Shown here: positions 18,695-28,527 of the stretch, one piece after another
Layout of the letters: each line of letters starts with the position of its first letter
Numbering within the stretch: position 1 is the stretch's first letter
DNA from: an uncultured delta proteobacterium
GTDB taxonomy: Bacteria > Myxococcota_A > UBA9160 > UBA4427
Assembly (NCBI GenBank): GCA_963822965.1
Contig: CAWGJT010000013.1
Location: 32,001-96,000, forward strand
Reading direction: 5' to 3'
DNA length: 64,000 nt
Position numbers and translations under genes: made by a program
Notes under the pieces: model-generated
What the model was told of the DNA's origin: nothing
The model's database searches: none
Seen by the model: the letters and a program-made list of their open reading frames with translations, nothing else

Positions 18695-19803
18695 TCGCCG
18701 TCGCGCTCGCGTTCCGCCGCGGTGCGGAAGCAACGGGGTGGCAGCTCGCGCAGCCCTTCGAAGAGCGAGCGAGCCAGAATCTCGTGGCCGTCCGCATTCG
18801 GATGCACGTCGAACGCGTTCACCCACAGCGCCTCGCCGTCGCGCCCCACGAAGTCCTCGAACGAGCGCGTCACCGTGAGCCCGCGCGCCCGAGCCGCCGC
18901 GGCCACCTTCTCGTAGATGGGCAGGTAGCGGTGCTCGGGCACCAGCTCGGTCAGGTGCGTGTGGAGGAACACGTGGCCGCAGATGCCGTGGGAGGCGGCC
19001 ACCCGGGCCTCCACGTCGAGGGCGGCCTCGAAGTCGGCCCAGGCCTCGGGGTTCTCGAAGTAGTTCGTGCGCAGCTCCTCGGCCATGGGCGCGATGCGCT
19101 CGCTCTCGGAAGGATGGAAGGCGTCCCACTCGAGCACCATGATCCAGCGCGGCCACAGCTCGCGCAGCAGGTACGAGGGCGAGTCGTTGAAGCGGAAGGC
19201 CCGGCGCCAGATGGGCTGGTTGAGCGTCTTGCGGCTCTGGCGGTCGAGCTTGCGGTAGTGCGGGCCCTCGATGTCGTTCAACGTGAAGCCGTAGATCGTG
19301 AGGTCGGGGTGGTAGGCGTCCGCGAAGATCTGCAGGCGGTTGGCCGAGAAGGCCGCGTTGACCCCCGCGAGCCCCAGGTTGACCACCTCGAAGCGGCGCG
19401 CGGCGCCGTCCGCTCCGGTGGCCGGGTGATCCGCGCCTGCGTGGTCGAGGAGCCCCTCGAGCAGCCTCGGGTAGGCCTGCTCCTCCAGCACCCCCCAGCC
19501 CATGGTCACCGAGTCGCCCGCGATCAGGATGCGAAACGTGTGCGGATCCGGGTACGGGCCGTAGTCGGGCCCGCGGAGCCCGCGCGAGTTGGTCCGATAC
19601 GGAAGGCCCTGGAAGACGCCCTGGACGTTGGGCTTCGCGAGATCGAGAACGTCCCGCAGGACCGGCACCCCCGGCGTCGCGGGCGCCGGCTGCGCGGATT
19701 CGTGACTCTGCACGAAGGCCTTGAGCCTCGCCGCCCCCTCGCCCACCAATCCGATCATCACGAGAGTGCCCAGCAGGAGCAGGAGGCGCGGCCCGAGCGA
19801 CAT
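18564..19803 (-). CDS. SGNH/GDSL hydrolase-family membrane-anchored protein (3' end affected by the same indel)
   Basis: RTNSRGLRG, AGDSVTMGWG, VVNLGLAG, TLND, DVHPNADGH. Confidence 0.8.
18631..18690. repeat. Perfect tandem repeat, 4 x 15 bp (CGCTTCTCCTCCGGA)
   Basis: Read directly from the sequence. Confidence 0.97.
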
Positions 19804-19944
19804 GACGCCAAGGTAGCCCTTCCGTCCCCAGCGAGTCGGAACGCACACGCATCGGACCCGGATGGCGCTGGCGATCAGCGAATTCCCCGGCGATTCGCGC
19901 ACGGAGGGCGCGGTGCGGATGAAGCCTCTCGCTCCATTGATATA

Positions 19945-21468
19945 GTGGGCCGCGTGTTCCAGACCATCCGGACGGCTGCGGCCCCGAGCGGCGTGCTCGC
20001 GTGCTCGCTCGCGGCGGCGCTGCTGACCGCCGCCGTCGGCTGTCGCGGGGACCTCGCGCCCGAGGACGCCGAGCCGCCGCCCGGCGGCGCACCGCTTCTC
20101 TCCGGCGCACCGCTTCTCTCCGGCGCACCGCTTCTCTCCGGCGCACCGCTGCCCGGCGGTCTGGGCGGCTGGAAGCCCGTCCACAGCGCTGCCGCGATGG
20201 GTCACACGGCGGAGCTCGAGGCGCTGCTGGCGGACGGCGTGGCACCCGACCTGCCCACGGCCGCAGGCTTCACGCCTCTCTATCTGGCCGCCCAGGAGGA
20301 TCGACCCGAGGCGGCACGGGTGCTGCTGGAGCACGGCGCCTCGCCGCACGTGCGCGTCGTGGGCGGCTTCACGGCGCTGCATGCGGCGGCGGCGAGGGGA
20401 AGCGCCGAGGTGGCGCTCCTGCTCCTGGGGAGCGGAGCCGATCCGAACGCCCGCAGCGCGAGCGGTCTCTCACCCATCCTCGTCTCCGTGCTGGCCGGCC
20501 AGGCCGGGGTGACCGAGCTGCTGGCCGAGCGGGGCGCGAGAGAGGTGGGACACGCCGTGGACGCCGAGGGAAGGCTGCTGGTGCATCGCGCCGCGGCGCG
20601 CGGCCACGCGGCGACGGTTTCGGTGCTGCTCGCGGCGGGCGAGGACATCGAGGCGCGGGACGACGCGGGGGAGACGCCGCTCATGGAAGCCGCCCGGGGA
20701 GGAAGCGCCGAGACGGTCTCGCTGCTGCTCGCACGCGGCGCCCGGCGGGACGCCACGGACGCCGGCGGAGGCAGCGCGGCCGCCCTGGCGGCCACCGCGG
20801 GACGCCCGGAGGCCCTGGCGGTGCTGCTCGACGCCGGCGTCTCCCCCGACGCGCGCGTGGCGCCCGCACGGGGCGACATCGGCCGCACGGACGCGGGCTT
20901 CACCCTGCTGCACCTGGCGGCCCGGGCCGAGCAGCCCGACGTGGCGCGGCTGCTCCTGGAACGCGGCGCCACGGTCGACGCCCGCAGCCCCGACGGCTCG
21001 ACCCCGCTCTACGTGGCCGCCCAGCACGGCAGCAACCGCGTGGCGCTGCTGCTGCTCGAGCGCGGCGCCGACCCGAACGCCCAGAACCGGGACGGAGCGG
21101 GACCGCTCTACATCTCGGCCTTCCTGGGCAACGTGCCGCTCGCGCGCGCCCTGCTCGATCACGGCGCCGACGTCGATCGACGCGCCGTGGACGCGTCCAC
21201 CACCCTGCATCTGGCAGCCCGGCAGGGTCACGCCGACGTGGTGCGGCTGCTCGTCGAACGCGGTGCCACCGTCGACGCCCGGGACTACCAGGATGCGACG
21301 CCTTTGCTCGTGGCCGCGGAGGCCGGCCACGCGGAGGTGGTCTCACTGCTCGTCGGGTACGGCGCCGATCCCGGCGCGCGCACCCGGGACGGCCGCGCGC
21401 CCGCGGACGTGGCCTCGAGCGAAGCCGTGCGCCGGGCGCTCGCCGCCGGCGGGAAGGACGCCACGTGA
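19945..21468 (+). CDS. Ankyrin-repeat lipoprotein
   Basis: Signal peptide ending AAVGC; about 12 ankyrin units (GFTPLYLAA, GETPLMEAA, GSTPLYVAA, DATPLLVAA); start is approximate. Confidence 0.88.
   Translation: MGRVFQTIRTAAAPSGVLACSLAAALLTAAVGCRGDLAPEDAEPPPGGAPLLSGAPLLSGAPLLSGAPLPGGLGGWKPVHSAAAMGHTAELEALLADGVAPDLPTAAGFTPLYLAAQEDRPEAARVLLEHGASPHVRVVGGFTALHAAAARGSAEVALLLLGSGADPNARSASGLSPILVSVLAGQAGVTELLAERGAREVGHAVDAEGRLLVHRAAARGHAATVSVLLAAGEDIEARDDAGETPLMEAARGGSAETVSLLLARGARRDATDAGGGSAAALAATAGRPEALAVLLDAGVSPDARVAPARGDIGRTDAGFTLLHLAARAEQPDVARLLLERGATVDARSPDGSTPLYVAAQHGSNRVALLLLERGADPNAQNRDGAGPLYISAFLGNVPLARALLDHGADVDRRAVDASTTLHLAARQGHADVVRLLVERGATVDARDYQDATPLLVAAEAGHAEVVSLLVGYGADPGARTRDGRAPADVASSEAVRRALAAGGKDAT
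20086..20150 (+). repeat. Tandem repeat, 3.6 x 18 bp (GGCGCACCGCTTCTCTCC), encoding GAPLLS
   Basis: Read directly from the sequence; lies in the linker after the lipobox. Confidence 0.95.
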
Positions 21469-24155
21469 AGGATCGCATCGACGCCTTTCTGTCGGCGCGG
21501 GTCGAGCGCTGGGTCGCCGCCGTGCAACGCAGGCCCGGCCTCGTCTGCTGGGGGAGCGTCGTACTCACCATCGCGTTGGGCGCCTACGCGGCCCTCGGCC
21601 TCGGCATCAACTCCGACAACGTGCGCATGCTGGCCGACAGCCTGCCCTCGAAGATCGCCTACAAGGAGTTCTCCAAGTACTTCCCGAACCTGGACAACGC
21701 GCTCCTCGTCGTGATCGACGGCGAGACCACCGAGCAGACTCGCGAGGCGACCGACAAGCTGGAGAAGGCGCTCTCCCAGCGGAGCGACGCCTTCACCGAC
21801 GTCTACGTGCCCGGCGGCGGCTCGTTCTTCGAACGCAACGGCCTGCTCTACCGGAGCGTCGACGAGCTCGACGTCTTCGCCGACCAGATGGCCCGCCTGC
21901 AGCCGGTCCTCGCCCAGCTCGAGCAGGAGCCCACCATCGAGAGCCTCTCGGGCATCATCCGCCTCGGCCTCGACGAGGTGCGCAAGGAAGGCAGCGGGGC
22001 GGCCGAATGGGAGTCGATCCTCGACCAGGTCGGCAATGCCACGGTCAGCGTGTTCGACGAGTTCCCCGTGGCCGTCTCCTGGGAGGACGTGTTGCTGCGG
22101 GGCTCTGCGATCGAGGTGGCCAAGCGCCGCGTGATCGTCGCCCACCCGATCCTCGACTTCCAGAGCGTCCTCGCCGCCGGGCGCTCCTTGAAGGTGATCC
22201 GGGAGACCGCCGCCGAGCTCGGCTACACGCCCGAGCACGGCGTACGGGTGCGCATCACCGGCAACCCGGCCCTGAACTACGAGGAGATGATCGGCCTCGC
22301 GTGGGACATCGGCGGCTCGAGCGTGTTCTGCTTCCTGATGGTGTGCGCCGTGCTGCATCGGGCGCTGCGCTCCTTCCGCCTGATGCTGGCGAGCGTCGCG
22401 ACCCTGCTGATGGGCCTGGTGTGGACCGCCGCCTTCGCGACGGTCGCCGTCCACCAGCTCAACATCCTCACCCTCTCCTTCGCGGTGCTCTTCATCGGGC
22501 TGGGAATCGACTTCTCGATCCACCTCGGGGCCCACTACATCCACCTGCTTCGTGAGGGGGTCCCGCACGAGCGGGCGTTGCCGGCTTCCGCGTCCCAGGT
22601 GGGCAGCTCCCTGGTGATCTGCACGGTGACCACCGCCATCGGTTTCTACGTCTTCCTGCCCTCCGAGTACCGGGGGGTGGCCGAGCTGGGTCTCATCGCC
22701 GGTACGGGCATGTTCATCATCCTCGCGCTCACGCTCACGACCCTACCGGCGCTGCTGTGCAGCTGGCTGGCCCTCGACCCGAATCGGCCGCCGCCGGCCG
22801 ACGTCCACTTCGACGCCGCCTGGCTGCACCGTCTGAGCGAGCACGGACGCCTCATCCGCTGGGTGTCGCTCGCGCTCGGGCTGGGAGGCGCCGTCCTCAT
22901 CTACACGCCGGGCGCCCACTTCGACACGAACGTCATCCGCATGCGGAACCCCGAGACCGAGTCCGTGCAGGCCTTCGAAGACCTGATGAGCATGACCGCG
23001 ATGTCGCCCTGGTACGCAAACTCCCTCACTCCGAATCTAGACGCCGCGAAGAAGGTCGCCGCCCGCATGAACGAGCTCGACGTCGTCGAGCGGGCCATCA
23101 CCCTGGCGGACTACGTGCCCGCCGACCAGGACGAGAAGCTCGAGATCCTGGACGACACGGCCTACCTGCTGGCGGCGCCGCCGGGCGGCGGGCCAGAGAC
23201 GGGAGGCAAGCGGCCCACCGTCGACGAGCAGGTCGAGTCCCTGCGCGAGCTCACGAAGTTCCTCTCCCAGGACTGGGTGGAGCGGGCCCACTCGCCCCTG
23301 GGCGAGAGCATGCGCCTGCTGCGGCAACGGCTGCGGGACTTCCTCGCGCGCATCGACACCGAGAAGGACCCGGCGGCGGCCCTGAAGAGCCTGCAGCAGG
23401 TGCTGCTCGCGCGGCTGCCCCAGCAGGTGAAGCGCCTGCGCGACGCCGTGCACCCCCAGCGGATCACCCTGAAGACGCTGCCGACGGAGCTGGTGCGGCG
23501 CATGCTCGCCCCCAGCGGCCAGGCCCGGGTGCAGATCTTCCCGCGCGACGACCTGCAGGACAACGCCGCCCTGGCCGCCTTCGTGACGGAGATCCGGACG
23601 GTGGACCCCATGGTCTCGGGGGTGTCGGTCAACCTCTACGACTTCGGTCGCGCGACGGTCTCGTCGTTCCAGCAGGCCCTCACGGCGGGGATCGTGCTCA
23701 TCTCCCTGCTGCTCTTCGGGCTGTGGCGGAGCGTCCGCGACGTGGCCCTGGTGCTGGCGCCGCTGCTGCTGGGCGGCATCCTCACCGTGGCGACCATGGC
23801 GGCCCTGGGCATGCGCTTCAACTTCGCCAACGTGATCGTGCTGCCGCTGCTGCTGGGCATCGGTGTCGACAGCGGCATCCACCTGGTGCACCGGGCGAAG
23901 ATGCGGCTCTCGCCGGACGACCTGTTGCTGGGCACGACGACCGCGCGAGCGGTCTTCTACAGCGCGGTCACCACTGTGGTGAGCTTCGGCACCCTGGCCT
24001 TCTCGTCCCATCGCGGCGTGGCGAGCCTGGGAATCCTGCTCACCGCCGGCATGACCTACGTGGTGCTCTGCAACCTGATCACGCTGCCCGCGCTGATCGA
24101 GCTGCGGAAGCCCGATCCCGAGCCCGAGGACGCGGACGCGGTGGCGAAGCGCTGA
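21465..24155 (+). CDS. hpnN: MMPL/RND transporter, hopanoid-associated HpnN-like
   Basis: FFERNGLLY, VRITG, FAVLFIGLGIDFSIH, GVAELGLIAGTGM, NFANVIVLPLLLGIGVDSGIH; GTGA overlap with the ankyrin gene. Confidence 0.8.
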   Translation: MKDRIDAFLSARVERWVAAVQRRPGLVCWGSVVLTIALGAYAALGLGINSDNVRMLADSLPSKIAYKEFSKYFPNLDNALLVVIDGETTEQTREATDKLEKALSQRSDAFTDVYVPGGGSFFERNGLLYRSVDELDVFADQMARLQPVLAQLEQEPTIESLSGIIRLGLDEVRKEGSGAAEWESILDQVGNATVSVFDEFPVAVSWEDVLLRGSAIEVAKRRVIVAHPILDFQSVLAAGRSLKVIRETAAELGYTPEHGVRVRITGNPALNYEEMIGLAWDIGGSSVFCFLMVCAVLHRALRSFRLMLASVATLLMGLVWTAAFATVAVHQLNILTLSFAVLFIGLGIDFSIHLGAHYIHLLREGVPHERALPASASQVGSSLVICTVTTAIGFYVFLPSEYRGVAELGLIAGTGMFIILALTLTTLPALLCSWLALDPNRPPPADVHFDAAWLHRLSEHGRLIRWVSLALGLGGAVLIYTPGAHFDTNVIRMRNPETESVQAFEDLMSMTAMSPWYANSLTPNLDAAKKVAARMNELDVVERAITLADYVPADQDEKLEILDDTAYLLAAPPGGGPETGGKRPTVDEQVESLRELTKFLSQDWVERAHSPLGESMRLLRQRLRDFLARIDTEKDPAAALKSLQQVLLARLPQQVKRLRDAVHPQRITLKTLPTELVRRMLAPSGQARVQIFPRDDLQDNAALAAFVTEIRTVDPMVSGVSVNLYDFGRATVSSFQQALTAGIVLISLLLFGLWRSVRDVALVLAPLLLGGILTVATMAALGMRFNFANVIVLPLLLGIGVDSGIHLVHRAKMRLSPDDLLLGTTTARAVFYSAVTTVVSFGTLAFSSHRGVASLGILLTAGMTYVVLCNLITLPALIELRKPDPEPEDADAVAKR

Positions 24156-24161
24156 CCCGGC

Positions 24162-24917
24162 TCAGCCGGCAGCCTGATCCCGTCGCCGGCGTTCCAGCTC
24201 GGCTTCGAGCTGGGCCCGGGTCTCCGGGTGCAGATCGGGATCGCCGCGCATCGCCCGCAGCTCTTCCCACGGCAACGAGGCCACGATGCCCGTGGCGATC
24301 TCCACCGGGCAGTAGGGATTGCGGGCGAGCGCCCGGCGGATCGGGATGCGCGCCGACCAGCGAGGGGAGCGCGAGATCTCCACCAGCGAGGAGGCCGCCA
24401 CCGGACGCATGGCGGCGATGCGCAGCACGTCCGCCTCGACGATGCGCGGGTTGTTCAGCAGGTTCGCGATCACCACCGGGTCGCAGTCCTTCGCGAGCTG
24501 CTCGAGCCAGTGCGGGTGGCTGCCCTTGGCGAGGGAGCGCCGGCGGCCCAGGGGCAGCTCGGCGAGCTCGCGCGAGAGCAGACGCTCGGGATCGGCGACC
24601 TCCTCCCGCGCGGGCACCGAGCGCAGCAGGCGCATGATCTCCTCGTTCGCGCTGCGGGACGCCTCGGCGTAGAGATCCCGGCGCAGCTCGTAGTCGAGCC
24701 GCGGTCCCCCCACGCCCGTCAGCACCTCGGTGAGCGCACGCCGCACCGGATCGGAGGAGCGCGGCCGCTCGAGGGCCGCTCCCGCGACGCAGCAGGCGAA
24801 CTCGGTGGGATGCGCGGCGAGCCACTCGATGACGAGGGCGCGCCGCATCTCGGCCTCGAGGACGGGCTCGAGGTGCCGGTCCAGCCGGGCCAGCTCCTGG
24901 GCGATCTCGCGCTGCAT
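24162..24917 (-). CDS. Hypothetical helical-repeat protein
   Basis: DPVVIANLLNNPRIVEADV...RRALARNPYCP repeats. Confidence 0.6.
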   Translation of the reverse strand: MQREIAQELARLDRHLEPVLEAEMRRALVIEWLAAHPTEFACCVAGAALERPRSSDPVRRALTEVLTGVGGPRLDYELRRDLYAEASRSANEEIMRLLRSVPAREEVADPERLLSRELAELPLGRRRSLAKGSHPHWLEQLAKDCDPVVIANLLNNPRIVEADVLRIAAMRPVAASSLVEISRSPRWSARIPIRRALARNPYCPVEIATGIVASLPWEELRAMRGDPDLHPETRAQLEAELERRRRDQAAG

Positions 24918-25105
24918 TCCGGTCTCTTCGGCCGGAAGCAGCCGCCGCGTGAATCGGAGACCGGGGCCGCCCGGGTCGCGGCCGGGCCGGGTAGACTCGC
25001 CCGTGCGCACCGGCCGCAGGCCGGCGGCAGGACGAGCCGGCGGCGGGTCGCCGCAGGAGCCGGGGCGGCCGGAGCGGCTGGAGAAGCCGGAGGAGAGGAC
25101 GCTCG

Positions 25106-26083
25106 ATGCGGGCCGTCTGCTGGGATGGAAGCGTGGTGGCGGTGGGGGATCGTCCCGACCCCGAGCCCGCCCCGGGCACCGCGGTCTGTCGGGTAAACCT
25201 GGCGGGCGTCTGCAACACCGACCTCGAGATCGTCCGGGGCTACATGGGCTTCCGGGGCGTGCTCGGCCACGAGCTCGTCGGGGTGGTCGAGGAGGGTCCG
25301 CCGGAATGGCGCGGCCGTCGGGTCGTGGCCGAGATCAACTTCGCGTGCGGCCGCTGCGAAGCCTGCCGCGGGGGCCTGGGACGACACTGTCCGACCCGGC
25401 GCGTGATGGGCATCCTCGACGCGGACGGCGCCTTCGCCGAACGGGTAGCCGTTCCCGTCGCGAACCTGCACGCCGTGCCCGACGGGCTCGCCGACGAGGC
25501 CGCCGTTTTCGCCGAGCCCCTGGCGGCGGCCTTCGAGATTCTCGAGCAGCTGGCGCTCGATGCGTCGGCCTGGCGCGAGCAGCGGGCGCTGGTGCTGGGG
25601 GACGGCAAGCTCGGCCTGCTGGTCGCCCAGGTGCTGCAGCGCGCGGGCGCGCGGGTGCACGCCGTCGGCCGGCACCGGGACAAGCTCGACGTGCTGGCCG
25701 CCCGGGACATCGAGACGAGCCTGGCCGGCGACGACCGGGCCACGGCCCAGGGACGCCGCTACGACCTGTGCGTCGAGGCGACCGGCACCGCCGCGGGCTT
25801 CGAGACGGCGGTGGCCGCCACGCGGCCCCGCGGCGTGCTCGTGCTGAAGAGCACCGTGGCGGGCCGGCACGACCTCGACCTGGCGCCCCTGGTGATCGAC
25901 GAGATCCAGCTGCTGGGCTCGCGCTGCGGCCCCTTCGAGCCGGCCCTGGCGGCCCTCGCCGCCGGGGAGATCGACGTCGCCTCGCTGGTGGACGACCGGC
26001 TGCCGCTCTCCCGAGGAGAGCGCGCCCTCGCGCGGGCCGGCGAGCGCGGCACCCTCAAGGTGCTGCTGGAGTGCGCGGAGTAG
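25106..26083 (+). CDS. Zn-dependent MDR alcohol dehydrogenase
   Basis: GVCNTD, LGHE, CGRCEAC...HC, GDGKLG. Confidence 0.9.
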   Translation: MRAVCWDGSVVAVGDRPDPEPAPGTAVCRVNLAGVCNTDLEIVRGYMGFRGVLGHELVGVVEEGPPEWRGRRVVAEINFACGRCEACRGGLGRHCPTRRVMGILDADGAFAERVAVPVANLHAVPDGLADEAAVFAEPLAAAFEILEQLALDASAWREQRALVLGDGKLGLLVAQVLQRAGARVHAVGRHRDKLDVLAARDIETSLAGDDRATAQGRRYDLCVEATGTAAGFETAVAATRPRGVLVLKSTVAGRHDLDLAPLVIDEIQLLGSRCGPFEPALAALAAGEIDVASLVDDRLPLSRGERALARAGERGTLKVLLECAE

Positions 26084-26098
26084 CCACGGCGGTCCGCG

Positions 26099-26815
26099 CT
26101 ACCCGGGCGGTGCGCCCGCGTGCTCCCGGCGGCCGATGGGCTTCGCGGGCGAGCCCGCGACGATGGAGTACGGCTCGGTGTCCCGGGTCACCACGGATCC
26201 CGCGCTCACGATCGTCCCCCGGGCGACGTTCACCCCGGCCAGGATCACCGCGTTGGCGCCGATCCAGCAGTCGTCCCCGATGCTGATCGGCGCCAGCACG
26301 TGACCCTGCTCGCTGATGGGCCGGTCCGGCAGGTCGAAGCGGTGGTTGCTCGAGACGATCACCACGTTGGGACCCACCAGCACGCCGCTGCCGAACGTGA
26401 TGGGCGCCCGGGCGCTGATGAAGACGCCGGTGTTGATGGCCAGCGAGCGGCCGGCGTGGATGTTCTGGCTGTGGTCCAGGTAGGCGCCCGGATAGATGAA
26501 CGCGAACCCGTCGAGCCGGGCGAAGAGCATCCGGTAGAAGAGGGAGCGCAGGGCGATTCCCTCGAAGCCCGGCAGCCACCGCAGCAGCACGCCCACGTAC
26601 TGCTCGACGAAGAGCGTGGCGATGTCCCGGAGCGAGTGCTCGCGCCAGTAGTTCCGGATGATCGTGAGAGCGCTGGCCGGGGGGCGCGGGGGAGGCTCCG
26701 CGGCCACCGGCGGGCGGGCGCCTTCTCCGTCCTGGTGCTGTTCGTGCTCGTGACGGGCGACCGGGTCCACGCAGGCGTCCTCGAATCGAGTCGCCCAGTC
26801 TAGAGCCCATCTCAT
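26099..26815 (-). CDS. Hexapeptide-repeat (LbH) O-acyltransferase; true start is probably downstream
   Basis: PISIGDDCWIGANAVILAGVNVARGTIVSAGSVVTRD...VAGSPAK. Confidence 0.88.
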   Translation of the reverse strand: MRWALDWATRFEDACVDPVARHEHEQHQDGEGARPPVAAEPPPRPPASALTIIRNYWREHSLRDIATLFVEQYVGVLLRWLPGFEGIALRSLFYRMLFARLDGFAFIYPGAYLDHSQNIHAGRSLAINTGVFISARAPITFGSGVLVGPNVVIVSSNHRFDLPDRPISEQGHVLAPISIGDDCWIGANAVILAGVNVARGTIVSAGSVVTRDTEPYSIVAGSPAKPIGRREHAGAPPG

Positions 26816-26854
26816 GAGCCCGCTCGGTCGGGGTTCGAGAGATGGGCTCTAGAC
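26798..26854. repeat. 16-bp perfect inverted repeat (REP/MITE-like)
   Basis: GTCTAGAGCCCATCTC-N25-GAGATGGGCTCTAGAC between divergent genes. Confidence 0.75.
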
Positions 26855-26877
26855 CAGACGCGGCTAGAATCGCGCGG

Positions 26878-27777
26878 ATGTCCGCCGCCGAGACCGTTTC
26901 CGCCTGCACGTTGTGCGGCGGCCACCAGCGCCGCGTCCGCTTCCGGAAGCAGGGCCGCGACTTCGTCGAGTGCCGCGAGTGCGGGCTCGTCTGGATCGAG
27001 CCGTTGCCCACCCGCGAGGAGGTCGAGCAGCGCTACCGCACCGCCTACAGCGCGGGCGAGTACGCGGCCTTCGCGGGCGCCCGGGAGACCCGCGACCTCA
27101 TCGCCGCCCACCGTCTCGAGGTGGTGCGCGACCTGCTCCGCCCCGGGCGCTGGCTGGACGTGGGCTGCGCGACGGGAAGCTTCGTCCGGGCCGCGGCCGG
27201 CGCCGGCGTCGCCGCCGAAGGCCTGGACGTCTCGCGCGAGGCGGTGGAGCAGGCCCGGGCGTCGGGGCTCGTGGCCCACCACGGCCGGGTCGAGGACTTC
27301 CTTCCCACGCAGCCCTACGACGCGGTGACGGCCTTCGACGTGCTCGAGCACTCGATCGATCCCCGGGACTTCCTGGCGCGGCTGCACGGCTGGCTCCGTC
27401 CCGGCGGCAGGCTGGTGCTCACCCTGCCCGACGTGAGCAGCGTGTACCCGCGACTGCTGATGCGGCGTCACTGGTTCTACTACTGGCCCGACGAGCACCT
27501 CTTCTACTTCGACCCGAAGACGGTCACCCGGCTCCTCACCGAGGAGGGCTTCTCGGTGCGGCGGGTGACCCGCGCCTACAAGCCGCTCTCGCTCGCCTAT
27601 GCGGCACGCAACCTGGAAGCCTTCAACGCCGGGCTCGGACGCGTCGCCCGGACGGTCGTCGGCTGGCTACCGGAGCGCCTGGCCAACCATCCCTTCCGGC
27701 TCTACGTCGGCGAGATGCTCGTGGTGGCCCAGCGCACGGCCGGCGCGCGCGCCGAGACGCGAGCGGCCGCGGGATGA
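26878..27777 (+). CDS. Class I SAM methyltransferase with Zn ribbon
   Basis: CTLCG...CRECG; WLDVGCATG; FDVLEH. Confidence 0.87.
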   Translation: MSAAETVSACTLCGGHQRRVRFRKQGRDFVECRECGLVWIEPLPTREEVEQRYRTAYSAGEYAAFAGARETRDLIAAHRLEVVRDLLRPGRWLDVGCATGSFVRAAAGAGVAAEGLDVSREAVEQARASGLVAHHGRVEDFLPTQPYDAVTAFDVLEHSIDPRDFLARLHGWLRPGGRLVLTLPDVSSVYPRLLMRRHWFYYWPDEHLFYFDPKTVTRLLTEEGFSVRRVTRAYKPLSLAYAARNLEAFNAGLGRVARTVVGWLPERLANHPFRLYVGEMLVVAQRTAGARAETRAAAG

Positions 27778-28517
27778 GCGACGCGCCGGACTTCGCGACG
27801 GTCCAGCGCGACTACTTCGAGGAAGCGGAGGTGGACCGCTACCGCTGGGTGACGGCGGCGCCGGGCTTCGCGGAGACCGAGGCCGCGCTGCTCGAGCCCC
27901 TGCGCGACGTGCTCGCGGGCCCGCTGCTCGAGATCGGCTGCGGCGAGGGCAACAACCTGCTCCGCTTCGCGTCCCTGGGCGCCTGCACCGGGGTCGACCT
28001 GTTTCCGAAGAAGCTCGCCTTCGCGGCGCGCGAGCTGCCCGCGTGCCGCTTCGCCGCCGCCGAGGGCGGAGCGCTGCCCTTCGCGGACGCGTCCTTCCGG
28101 TCGGTCTTCGTCCGCGACCTGCTGCATCACGTCGCACGGCCCGAGGCGGTGCTCGCCGAGGTGGCGCGCGTGCTGCAGCCCGGGGGACGACTCGCCCTGC
28201 TGGAGCCGAACGGACGCAACCCGCTCATCGGGCTGCAGACGCGCCTGGTGCCCGCCGAGGCCGGCGCCCGGGACTTCTCGCCCGAACGCGTGGCCGGCTT
28301 CCTCGCCGGACTGCCCTTCGACGACGTGTCGGTGAGCGCGAGACAGCCCTTCCCCCTGCGCCGGGCGGTGCTCCACTACGAGCGGGGTCTGCCGGCCCTG
28401 GGCCGCAGCCGGCTGGCCCGCGCGCTGCTCGCCGGCGCCGAGGGCGTGGCCGGCGCGCTGCTGCCGCGCTCGCGCTGGACCTACGTGCAGATCGTCGCCC
28501 GGCGCACCGGCACCTGA
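27774..28517 (+). CDS. Class I SAM methyltransferase (type 11)
   Basis: LLEIGCGEG, LPFADASF, LHHV; ATGA overlap with the previous gene. Confidence 0.87.
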   Translation: MSDAPDFATVQRDYFEEAEVDRYRWVTAAPGFAETEAALLEPLRDVLAGPLLEIGCGEGNNLLRFASLGACTGVDLFPKKLAFAARELPACRFAAAEGGALPFADASFRSVFVRDLLHHVARPEAVLAEVARVLQPGGRLALLEPNGRNPLIGLQTRLVPAEAGARDFSPERVAGFLAGLPFDDVSVSARQPFPLRRAVLHYERGLPALGRSRLARALLAGAEGVAGALLPRSRWTYVQIVARRTGT

Positions 28518-28527
28518 CGGCGCCGCC

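Noticed and set aside
17209..21468. 1419-aa AlkP-ankyrin fusion ORF
   Set aside because: Its middle is the antisense of the SGNH gene, the ankyrin part has its own signal peptide, and one indel explains the read-through.
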